From an uncultured Gammaproteobacteria bacterium (GTDB lineage: Bacteria > Patescibacteriota > Patescibacteriia > Patescibacteriales > BS150m-G62): DNA of 64,000 nucleotides. Both the position numbers and the translations under genes were made by a program. Below are positions 28,843-37,198 of the stretch, in pieces (positions within the stretch are counted from its first letter, which is position 1; every line of letters begins with the position of its first letter). The notes beneath the pieces are model-generated. The model worked only from the letters and a program-made list of their open reading frames with translations. It was not told the DNA's origin and searched no databases. The stretch lies in the NCBI GenBank assembly GCA_964569045.1, contig CAZMSR010000001.1, positions 66,593 through 130,592 of the forward strand. The letters run 5' to 3'.

Positions 28843-29012
28843 ATGATTGGCCAATGGTTTTTAGACTTGGCGATAATTTTGGTTGTGTCGATTTGTTCGA
28901 TCTAGATGATACTTTTGAAATCAGGATAATCAGTATACTTGACCGAGAATGTAAGTATAAAAAAATTAAGATGATATTTTTATAAAAAAATTCTAACAAT
29001 TTTAATGGGCAG

Positions 29013-29996
29013 TTACAAATTATGATACTTACTACTTATATTTTTTTTAAGTTTAAATTTACGTATTAAAATAAATACTGCAACACGAACCCAGTGCTTT
29101 TTTATGCTTTGACGAGCTGTACAGACCATCCAATTCGGAGTGTTATTTGTCTTCTTGGTTATAATAAAATTATTTTCATCTAATTTTCCAATAGGCGTAC
29201 TAGATACATCATTTGCATATATGTCGCCTTTTGGGTTAATAAAGATGTTTAGTTTTCCTGAATAATCAGGCAAGATTCTTCTTCCTGTAGTTAATAGGTG
29301 TTTAATGCCATGTGCAAAATAAGCCCTAAGCCATTTTTTTGGAGAATTTGTTGATAGTTCGCAATCAATAAGCCAATCAAGTTGTTTTAATAAAGCTTTT
29401 TTTTGGCTAATGTAGTTTTTGGCACTAAAATAATGATCGCTAGAATGAACTATTGCTAAGCTAAATTCCATATTTAGTTTTTTGGATAACTCATATACTT
29501 TTGGTAATTCTTTAGTATTGTAATCACCTAAGGTAAAGCCAATTTTTAAGTTATTAATTCCAAGTTTTTTAAGAGAGTTAATTGTTTTTAAGATTTTATT
29601 GTACCCATTTGGAATGTTTCTTATTGCATTATGTTTTTCGTTTATTCCGTCAATAGAAAAAGCTATACCAATGTTAGGCTCTATTTTTATAAGTTCACAC
29701 ATCTTTTTTAAAATAAGCTCGCCGGCAAAGCCATTGCTAGAAATTATTATGCTCACGCGTGGACATCTTTTTTTAATTGTTTTAATAATTTCAGTAATAT
29801 CCGGACGTAAAAAAGGCTCGCCTCCGCTAATATTGATTGAGGAAAGATTTTTAGGGAGATTGTTAAGACTTTTAAGTGTAATTTCTCCATTATGATTTGT
29901 CTTTTGCCAAATATTACACATTTTGCATCTTGAGTTGCATCTATATGTGATTGCTATTACAATATCTTTTATTTTGTTTTGATTAATCTTGTTCAT
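29013..29996 (-). CDS. Radical SAM enzyme
   Basis: VIAITYRCNSRCKMCNIW (CxxxCxxC) and ISGGEPFL. The stop overlaps the upstream GT4 gene by 4 nt. Confidence 0.8.
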   Translation of the reverse strand: MNKINQNKIKDIVIAITYRCNSRCKMCNIWQKTNHNGEITLKSLNNLPKNLSSINISGGEPFLRPDITEIIKTIKKRCPRVSIIISSNGFAGELILKKMCELIKIEPNIGIAFSIDGINEKHNAIRNIPNGYNKILKTINSLKKLGINNLKIGFTLGDYNTKELPKVYELSKKLNMEFSLAIVHSSDHYFSAKNYISQKKALLKQLDWLIDCELSTNSPKKWLRAYFAHGIKHLLTTGRRILPDYSGKLNIFINPKGDIYANDVSSTPIGKLDENNFIITKKTNNTPNWMVCTARQSIKKHWVRVAVFILIRKFKLKKNISSKYHNL

Positions 29997-31219
29997 TTTT
30001 TAGGTATAATATTTTTATATTGCATTATTAGCTGGTTGCAGTATTTTTGTTTATTAAATAATGTTGCTTTTTGTTTTGCATTTTTGCTAATTTCTGCAAG
30101 ATTATAGTTATCTAAATTATTTATAATTTTTAATAGTTTATTTTTTGACCCTGCTTTAAAGAGGAATCCATTTTTGCCATTTTCTATAATTTCGGGTATT
30201 CCACCAATTTGCGATGCAATAACTACTTTTTGCATAAGCATAGCCTCTAAAATTGCAAGTGGCATATTTTCAGGCCAAATAGATGGCACTACAACAGCTT
30301 TGGCGTCAAAGATGATTTTTTTTAAACTAAGACCATATTTTGGTCCAAGAATTTTAATTTTATTTGCTAAGCTTTTTTTTAAAGTTAATTTTACTAGTTC
30401 TTTGTGCAGAGGTCCTGTGCCAACAATTTTTAGCTCTAAGTTTTTTTTTGTATTTTTAAAGGCATTTACTAATAAGTCAACTCCTTTTTCTTTAGAAAGT
30501 CTCCCAAAATATAGGATGTATTCAGGTTTTTTGTATTTTTTAAGTTCTTGTTCTTGATGAGTTGGCAAGGAATTATTTACAAAATTGTTCATTACAATTA
30601 TCTTGTGTTCCGGCAGACCATATTTTACACATATTTGCTTCATGAATATGGATGGGGCTATAAATAAATCAATATAATTGTGCGCTTTTGTAATTTTTGT
30701 GTGGTAATAGGATTCTAGCATAGACAAGAAGCTTTTTGAGTATGAATTTTTTACGCATTTATTTGTAAAACATTTGTAAAATTTATTGCCCTCACATTGG
30801 TGGCATTCTTTGTTTTTGTTAAATAATTTGTAATTAGGGCAAATTAGTTTATAGTCATGAAGAGTTAAAACAATCGGAATATTATTTTTTTTTAGAATTC
30901 GTGCTATGGAGAGAGGGATTTGATGGTAAACATTATGCAAGTGAGCTATGTCCGGCTTTTCGTTTTTTATAAGTTGTTTTAATTTTGAATTAGCTTCCGA
31001 ATTATAGAATATATTTAAGATATTTTTTAAATTGAAATTTTCAAGGCTAATTTTTGAAATAAAATATTTACTATATTTGCTATAGTTATTCCTTGAGTCG
31101 TTTGTTGAAAAGCTTATTACTTTATAGTTTTTTTGCTCCAAAAGTTTAATTAGGTCAAAGTAATGGCGTTCGCTACCACCGTTTAAATAATGAAATTTGT
31201 TTATCTGTAAAATATTCAT
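29993..31219 (-). CDS. Glycosyltransferase, GT4 family
   Basis: MNILQINKFHYLNGGSERH and PENMPLAILEAMLMQKVVIASQIGGIPEII. Confidence 0.85.
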   Translation of the reverse strand: MNILQINKFHYLNGGSERHYFDLIKLLEQKNYKVISFSTNDSRNNYSKYSKYFISKISLENFNLKNILNIFYNSEANSKLKQLIKNEKPDIAHLHNVYHQIPLSIARILKKNNIPIVLTLHDYKLICPNYKLFNKNKECHQCEGNKFYKCFTNKCVKNSYSKSFLSMLESYYHTKITKAHNYIDLFIAPSIFMKQICVKYGLPEHKIIVMNNFVNNSLPTHQEQELKKYKKPEYILYFGRLSKEKGVDLLVNAFKNTKKNLELKIVGTGPLHKELVKLTLKKSLANKIKILGPKYGLSLKKIIFDAKAVVVPSIWPENMPLAILEAMLMQKVVIASQIGGIPEIIENGKNGFLFKAGSKNKLLKIINNLDNYNLAEISKNAKQKATLFNKQKYCNQLIMQYKNIIPKK

Positions 31220-31271
31220 TTTATTTTTTAGCTATTATTATTGTTGGCGTAGTATTTATTTAGTTAGTTAT

Positions 31272-32288
31272 TCATTCATCTTTTCTGGTTTTTTTAAAAG
31301 ATTTAAAAAACGAGCAATTATAGCAATTAATGTGTTTTTTTCCTTTTTCTCCGGTTTTGAAATATTTTCGAGCATTTTGATAATTTGGATTGTTGTATAT
31401 TTTTGCAATAGAATTAGTACTGACGTTGCCAAAGCTTTGGTTATCGTGTTTATAAAAATTACAGCATGGCTCTAAATAGCCATCCCAGCTAATGCTTGGA
31501 TTTCCATATAACCAAAAACATTTACTAGTAATTGGATTTGGTTTGTTATAGCTTGGGGTTATGTCGTTCTTTAGGGTAAGGCGGTCAGCCCCAATTTTTT
31601 TAACAAATTGTTGCATTCGTGCAATATCTTTGTCTTTTGTGTGCTTGAATCTAATCATTTGTATTTCAATTAATGGGTATTTTGATTTTAAGCGTTTTTT
31701 TTCGTAAACTAAAAGTTTGACATTATTTACTACTTTTTCAAAATCTCCACCTATACGGTAGTAGTTGTAGATTTTTTTATTAGGTCCATCTAGGCTAATT
31801 ATTAGATGTGTTAGTTGGTTTTTTATTAAATTTTGAGCTAATTCAATTGGTAGATAATTTAAATTGGAGCTTATGGTTGAACCAATTTTTCTTTGAGTAA
31901 GATACTTGATCATTTGAATAATCTTAGGATAGATTAAAGGTTCACCCATTGAATAAAGTGATACTTTTACTAAGTATTGTTCTAATTCATTGATTATTTT
32001 TTTAAAAATTGAAAAATCAATTTGTCCTAAAATGCCCTTAGTTTTAAACTCGTTTCTTCCATTTGCATGAAGGCAGCCTTTGCAACGTAAGTTACAAATA
32101 TTGGTTGGTTCTATTTTTATAAAATACGGCTTAGATTTAAGTTTTGTTTTACTAAGCGAACGTTCAATTAGCGCTAAAATGATATTTAGGATTTTTTTGC
32201 AATTTAAAAAAGGTATGCTAGTGCGCAAATGACGCTTAGCTATGCTAAGAAAAGACGTATTGTAATTTTTGTAAGATAATTTAAACAT
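31272..32288 (-). CDS. Radical SAM enzyme with C-terminal Cys-rich (SPASM/twitch-like) extension
   Basis: IEPTNICNLRCKGCLH (CxxxCxxC) and SMGEPLIYP. C-terminus CFWLYGNPSISWDGYLEPCCNF...INCYNCSFF. Confidence 0.75.
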   Translation of the reverse strand: MFKLSYKNYNTSFLSIAKRHLRTSIPFLNCKKILNIILALIERSLSKTKLKSKPYFIKIEPTNICNLRCKGCLHANGRNEFKTKGILGQIDFSIFKKIINELEQYLVKVSLYSMGEPLIYPKIIQMIKYLTQRKIGSTISSNLNYLPIELAQNLIKNQLTHLIISLDGPNKKIYNYYRIGGDFEKVVNNVKLLVYEKKRLKSKYPLIEIQMIRFKHTKDKDIARMQQFVKKIGADRLTLKNDITPSYNKPNPITSKCFWLYGNPSISWDGYLEPCCNFYKHDNQSFGNVSTNSIAKIYNNPNYQNARKYFKTGEKGKKHINCYNCSFFKSFKKTRKDE

Positions 32289-32321
32289 TTACTTTGTTGT
32301 AATTGACACTATAATTAAATA

Positions 32322-33731
32322 GTGTTAGAATTAAACATTATTATGAAGATATTAAATTTAAGCATGAAAGATAAAAAAAGTCAAGTGTTTGAGTCTATTT
32401 TTTTAATAGGTTTATTTTTAGTTACATTAATTTTATTAATTGATCAACCACTTGCTTTAAAATTGACTTTTGCAGCTGTTATTGGAGTAGTACCTTTTTT
32501 TATTAAAAAGCCGATATACTTTTTGTATTTTTTGTTTTTATTTACACCAAGTATTCGAGCATTAACAAGAAATGAGCAAATTTTAGAATATTTTAATTTT
32601 AATGCTCTATTGCATATCATGCTTTTAAGTATCGGCGCTTGGTCTATTTGGCAAGCAAGAAGTAAGATTATTAAAGTGGTGCGTAATTATAGGTTTATTT
32701 GTTATTTGATTGCGTTCGTAGTCTTGGCTTTTGTGAGTGTGTTCTATAGTATTGAAAAGTCAAGCACTATTAATCATTTAATAAGGCTTGCTAGTTCATC
32801 TTTGGTAATATTGTTATTTGCAATAAGTGTAATAAAACAAAAAAAAGATTTCTATAATTTAATGTACGCTATTGTGCTTGGTGCTTTAATTCCGGGGTTG
32901 GTTGGGTATTATGAGCTTTTTACTAGTGCCGGTTGGTATGATAGTGCTATGAGAGAGTTTAGAATCAATGGAACTTTTGTTCATCCTGTAATATTTTCTG
33001 AATATATGTTTTTTACAGCACTTGTGCTATATGCCTTAATTCGTGATAAAAGTCAAGATAGGTTTAAGTACCTTTTCGGTAGTATATTTGTAAGTAATTT
33101 GATTTTAGCGGTTTCTAGTTTAACACGTGGTGTTTGGAACGGAATAATCGCTGCTTTTATGGTTTTTGCCGGTATTAAGAATGTAAAATGGTTAATTTCC
33201 GGCTTAATAGTGTTTTTTTTATTTTTTGTATTTGTAGAACCTATTAATAATAGGGTTATGGATGTTATTAGACCTAGTGCCGATAGTTCATTTACCACTA
33301 GATTAACAATTATTAAATCAACATTACCGGCTTTTGTGTCCTCGCCATTGTTTGGTTATGGATTTGGAGCTTTTGACATGGTACATCTAGATTATAATGA
33401 GCAAGCTGTATTTTGGGAATCACCACAAGCTCATAATGATTACTTGAGATTATTAATAGAGCTTGGAATTGTGGGATTATTTGTATATTTAGCAGTTTTT
33501 ATCTCACTTTTTTTATTAATAAGTAGATTGTATAAAAAGTATAAAGAAACAAATTTTGAGACATATTTACTAAGCATAGCTTTACTTTGGGTTGCTGCTG
33601 GAGTAATTTCAATAGGAGATAATTTTCTTCGTACTGTTGAGTCTCAGCAAATTGCCTGGGCGTATACTGGTGCAGTGATTGGAGTTTTAGAAATTAAAAA
33701 AATAAGCGATCGGTTTGAAGCCAATCGCTAA
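32322..33731 (+). CDS. O-antigen ligase/polymerase family (Wzy_C) membrane protein, no TPR tail
   Basis: About 11 TM helices. SLTRGVWNG loop and AHNDYLRLLIELGIVGL box. The likely true start is ATG 32343 (MKILNLS). Confidence 0.75.
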   Translation: MLELNIIMKILNLSMKDKKSQVFESIFLIGLFLVTLILLIDQPLALKLTFAAVIGVVPFFIKKPIYFLYFLFLFTPSIRALTRNEQILEYFNFNALLHIMLLSIGAWSIWQARSKIIKVVRNYRFICYLIAFVVLAFVSVFYSIEKSSTINHLIRLASSSLVILLFAISVIKQKKDFYNLMYAIVLGALIPGLVGYYELFTSAGWYDSAMREFRINGTFVHPVIFSEYMFFTALVLYALIRDKSQDRFKYLFGSIFVSNLILAVSSLTRGVWNGIIAAFMVFAGIKNVKWLISGLIVFFLFFVFVEPINNRVMDVIRPSADSSFTTRLTIIKSTLPAFVSSPLFGYGFGAFDMVHLDYNEQAVFWESPQAHNDYLRLLIELGIVGLFVYLAVFISLFLLISRLYKKYKETNFETYLLSIALLWVAAGVISIGDNFLRTVESQQIAWAYTGAVIGVLEIKKISDRFEANR

Positions 33732-33748
33732 AAAAAGAGCAGTTTCGG

Positions 33749-34351
33749 TTATTGTGCAAACATTGTGTTTGGATTTGAGGCAATATAGTCTCGTTTCCTT
33801 GCCAGGTTTTGATAGGCAGGAATCCAACCATTTTTCACCGCGTTTTCTAAGACATTCATGATTTTTCCATCTGGAGAAACCATAAATAGTAGACGAGGAT
33901 CATGGCCTTCAGAATCACCTTGTTCCAGGTACATAAATCCGCTTTCCTGGTTTTCTACAAGCCACAGTTGACGGTTCGGGCTCATCGCGTTGAAGCTCAC
34001 ATACTGTGTTTGTCCACCAAAAGGGCTATTAAAGCTGAAATTATAGGACACAACATCTGCATCCCACATTTCGTTTTTGCGGACATTCTTTGGCGCAGTT
34101 CGTGTTTCGTTGGATGAGATTTTGGTATGACCAATATAGAGTTCGGCCATAAAACGTTCGTTTTGTCTGATCGGGCGTCCATGACCAATGTTTTCGTCAT
34201 GCGCCATTCCAGTAATGACGCTTACGTTAATATCTGCGCCGTTGTTATTTCCACAAACTCGGATCCATTGATCTTCCATGCAATCTGCCCATACAGGGAA
34301 GATTGCGAAAAGACCGACTGTTGCAATGAAAAAGCTAGTGATCGTGCGCAT
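33749..34351 (-). CDS. Orphan secreted protein of unknown function with strongly atypical (high) G+C
   Basis: Signal peptide MRTITSFFIATVGLFAIFPVWA/DC. GAGGAG Shine-Dalgarno. Hand count is 32/60 G+C at 33961-34020, against 11/60 at 23701-23760. Confidence 0.75.
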   Translation of the reverse strand: MRTITSFFIATVGLFAIFPVWADCMEDQWIRVCGNNNGADINVSVITGMAHDENIGHGRPIRQNERFMAELYIGHTKISSNETRTAPKNVRKNEMWDADVVSYNFSFNSPFGGQTQYVSFNAMSPNRQLWLVENQESGFMYLEQGDSEGHDPRLLFMVSPDGKIMNVLENAVKNGWIPAYQNLARKRDYIASNPNTMFAQ

Positions 34352-34478
34352 AGTACTCTCCTCATTGTTCTGCGTTGAAAAACAAGTAAATTATAAGGTT
34401 CTGGTGGCCAATAAGTTGTATTGCTTTGACCGAAATAAAGTAAATTAATATTTACCTTATTTCGTTAAAAACAATAGT

Positions 34479-35228
34479 TTAGTATTGAATTTCTGCAATC
34501 TCTTTCTTGTCTTCACTAAAAATATCCATAACTTTTTCTTTTGGTTCTTGAGGTTTATGATTAAAGGCTTTTTTTCTTTTAAATTTGTTTGGAATTAGAT
34601 TTAGTTTAATGTTTGTTTCTGGAAATAAATAACTAAACCAAGCACCAATAATCAATCCAGCTACTAGTGCGATTGCTAAGTTGGCAAGTATATTTGGTTT
34701 TACAGGCCAGTTACTTGTTATTGGTTGGTCAATAACTTTAACTTTTACATTAGAACCTTTACCATGGTAAAGGCTATGTTTTGTTTTTAAAACATAACTA
34801 ATAGCTTGCACTATTTGTTCAGCTTGATCACGTTTGGTGCTATAAGCATCAATGGTAATAATTCCTGTGTCTCTAGTAACTTTTGTGATTATGGTTTTTT
34901 CCCATTGCTTTTTTCTTTTACGTTCATTTTGAGAAAAGTTATCATTAATTCTAAAACCAGAGTCCATTACATTATTAAAAAATGAAGAAGAATAAATCAC
35001 CTGAGTTAATATATCACTTAAATATTGAGTTGATTTTGAAGTAGAGTAATAATCAAGACCCTCGGTGTTGCCTTGAATTACTAATAGATTCATAGAAGAT
35101 TTGTATTTAAGTGGTTGAGTGATTGTAAGAATAGACGCAAAAAAACATACAATAAGCGTTATGCTTAGAATATTTTGCCATTTTTTAGCCAATATTTGCC
35201 AAATTTTGTTACTATTTTCTGCGTTCAT
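34479..35228 (-). CDS. Wzz-like polysaccharide chain-length determinant (PCP family, short form)
   Basis: IWQILAKKWQNILSITLIVCFFASILTITQPLKYKSSMNLLV is a Wzz N-terminal pattern. C-terminal TM helix ILANLAIALVAGLIIGAWFSYLF. ATG 35228 is preferred over TTG 35252. Confidence 0.6.
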   Translation of the reverse strand: MNAENSNKIWQILAKKWQNILSITLIVCFFASILTITQPLKYKSSMNLLVIQGNTEGLDYYSTSKSTQYLSDILTQVIYSSSFFNNVMDSGFRINDNFSQNERKRKKQWEKTIITKVTRDTGIITIDAYSTKRDQAEQIVQAISYVLKTKHSLYHGKGSNVKVKVIDQPITSNWPVKPNILANLAIALVAGLIIGAWFSYLFPETNIKLNLIPNKFKRKKAFNHKPQEPKEKVMDIFSEDKKEIAEIQY

Positions 35229-35290
35229 TTTTAGAATAAATATTAATGTCAAAACTTAGCATGTACTTTAAAAAATGTCAAGAAATCCAA

Positions 35291-35455
35291 GGGTATCCAC
35301 TCACCATTCTTAATAGAATATCGCACGAGGATCAATGTTTATCGGTGTGCCCAGTCTAGATCCCGGAACTTCGCTTCGCTACGTCCGGGATGACACAGGT
35401 TGTTTAATATTAGCGTATAAAAGGTAGTAAATTGTTTAGTATGGTGAGTGGTTAC
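35291..35455 (+). repeat. Family-A repeat, copy A4 (same termini, unrelated interior)
   Basis: Runs from gggtaTCCACTCACCATtc to gtATGGTGAGTGGttac. Flanked by ATCCAA at 35285-35290 and 35456-35461. The interior has a GC hairpin, atcccgga / tccgggat. Confidence 0.75.
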
Positions 35456-35467
35456 ATCCAAGATTGC

Positions 35468-35660
35468 CTGCTCACACAATGCAATACATTTCTGAACGAA
35501 TGTGCGATATGTTTTAATTTTACAGCTAAATAAAGCGATAATAGGCTTACTTGTCCGTTAGGACCGATCAAAGGGAGTTGTAAGACTATAGCTTTAATTT
35601 AGCTTAAAAATTGCCAATATTGCACTTAGTGAAGAGATGGTATTATATTGCATGAGCAGG
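35468..35660 (+). promoter_or_regulatory. Candidate structured leader RNA upstream of aspartokinase (class unknown)
   Basis: cctgctca (35468-35475) pairs with tgagcagg (35653-35660). atgcaata (35480-35487) pairs with tattgcat (35646-35653). Together this is a 15-bp interrupted closing stem around about 160 nt that contains local hairpins (gtcc-gtta-ggac, cttac...gtaag). Confidence 0.3.
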
Positions 35661-35757
35661 TATACTCAAGCAGATTAATGCATTCCCTTGTATTTTGCAG
35701 TATATTAAGTATAATAAATCAACATCAATCATTGATCTTTAAAAAAGGAAACATAGC

Positions 35758-37110
35758 ATGCTTAGGTTAACAGTATCTAAATTTGGTGGCTCTTCTTTGG
35801 CAAGTGCAAAAATTATTAAAAAAGTTAAAAAGATAATTAGTGAAGATATTGCTAGAAGAATAATTGTTGTCTCTGCCCCAGGAAAATTAGCGCCACACTC
35901 TTTAAAAGTTACAGACATGCTTTACAATATTGCTTTGGGAACGAATGAGTATTATTGGTCTCAGTTAATTATTTTGGTAAAAAAGCGTTTTGCAAAAATT
36001 GTCAATGATCTTAAGATTGGCATTCGTGATGATTATTTAGATAATGAATTTAGTATAATACTAGAGGAAATGTCTAAGTTTAATTCAAAAAAAGAAAGAG
36101 TTGAATACGTTATGAGTCGTGGTGAATACTTAACTGCTAAAATATTAGCAAAATTCTTTGGTTGTGATTTTATTGATGCTAAGAAGATTATAAAGTTTAA
36201 TGAAGATGGGTCGTTTAACCAAAAAGAAACATGTGATTGTATTAAAAAGACTTTGCTTAGTGCCAAAAGCGGTGAAAAACGTTTTATTGTTCCTGGGTTT
36301 TATGGCGCAAATTTTTCGGAAGACGTTATTTGCACTTTTTCACGTGGCGGATCTGATTTGACTGCATCATTGATTGCAAGCGTTCTTGAGGTTGATTTAT
36401 ATGAGAATTGGACAGATGTTAATGGTTTTTTAATGGCAGATCCTCAAGTTGTTAATTCTCCTAGAGTTGTAAAGAGAATGACATATAATGAACTTCAAGA
36501 ATTGGCTTATTCTGGAGCAAGAGTGATGCATGATAGGGCAATAGAGCCGGTTGCAATTACCGGGATTCCTACTCAGATACGAAATACATTTAACAAGAAG
36601 TGTCTTGGTACAAGTATATGTCTAAGTGCTCAAAGTGAGAGGAAGTCGTTAATTACAGGCATAGCAGCTCGATCTCAGTTTTCAATTATGCATTTTGAAA
36701 CAAGGTATTTGAATCAAGAAGTTGGCATTATGGCCTCAATATTGGATATTTTTAAAGAAAAAAATATTAGCATTGAGCACACTCCAACAGGTATTGATTC
36801 GTTTGGTGTCGTAGTTGCATCTAGGGTATTAAATAGGCACGAAGATGACATAACAAACAAAGTTCATGAGTCATTTGACTTGGTAAATATAACTGTAGAG
36901 CATAATTTAAGTTTGATTGCCATAGTTGGTCGAAACATGGTTGGAAAATACGGTGTTGCTGCTAGGATATTTACTGCTATAGCAAAAACAAAGACTAATG
37001 TTCATTTTATTTCTCAATGCTCAAATGAGATTAGTGTTATTATAGGAGTTTTAGATAAAGATGTTAATAAGGTAATACAAGCTTTGTACAAGGAATTTAA
37101 AAAAACATAA
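35758..37110 (+). CDS. lysC: Aspartate kinase
   Basis: VSKFGGSSLAS, VVSAPG, FSRGGSDLTAS and WTDVNGFLMADP. The C-terminal region has a paired ACT-like layout. Confidence 0.85.
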   Translation: MLRLTVSKFGGSSLASAKIIKKVKKIISEDIARRIIVVSAPGKLAPHSLKVTDMLYNIALGTNEYYWSQLIILVKKRFAKIVNDLKIGIRDDYLDNEFSIILEEMSKFNSKKERVEYVMSRGEYLTAKILAKFFGCDFIDAKKIIKFNEDGSFNQKETCDCIKKTLLSAKSGEKRFIVPGFYGANFSEDVICTFSRGGSDLTASLIASVLEVDLYENWTDVNGFLMADPQVVNSPRVVKRMTYNELQELAYSGARVMHDRAIEPVAITGIPTQIRNTFNKKCLGTSICLSAQSERKSLITGIAARSQFSIMHFETRYLNQEVGIMASILDIFKEKNISIEHTPTGIDSFGVVVASRVLNRHEDDITNKVHESFDLVNITVEHNLSLIAIVGRNMVGKYGVAARIFTAIAKTKTNVHFISQCSNEISVIIGVLDKDVNKVIQALYKEFKKT

Positions 37111-37140
37111 TGTTTCACTAAATTTACAATTTAAAATATA

Positions 37141-37170
37141 CACTCACAAAAAATGAGTGTTTTTTATTTT
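37141..37170 (+). terminator. Rho-independent terminator after lysC
   Basis: cactca-caaaaaa-tgagtg followed by ttttttatttt. The stem sequence equals the core of the family-A arms. Confidence 0.6.
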
Positions 37171-37198
37171 GTTAATAAATATATGTTATAATAATATA

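Noticed and set aside
28763-28999. 78-aa minus-strand ORF between the kinase and the radical-SAM gene
   Set aside because: It runs through MITE copy B2, which is repeat DNA present at two other unrelated sites. This makes it a fortuitous ORF.
29599-31475. Plus-strand ORFs 29599..29895, 30174..30557 and 31197..31475
   Set aside because: They are antisense to the radical-SAM and GT4 genes, which carry clear catalytic motifs.
35468-35660. Calling the lysC leader a lysine (L-box) riboswitch or a T-box
   Set aside because: I could not find the conserved L-box boxes (GAGGCGC, ACUGUCA and others) or a T-box sequence. Only the genomic context fits, so it is reported as an unclassified structured leader.
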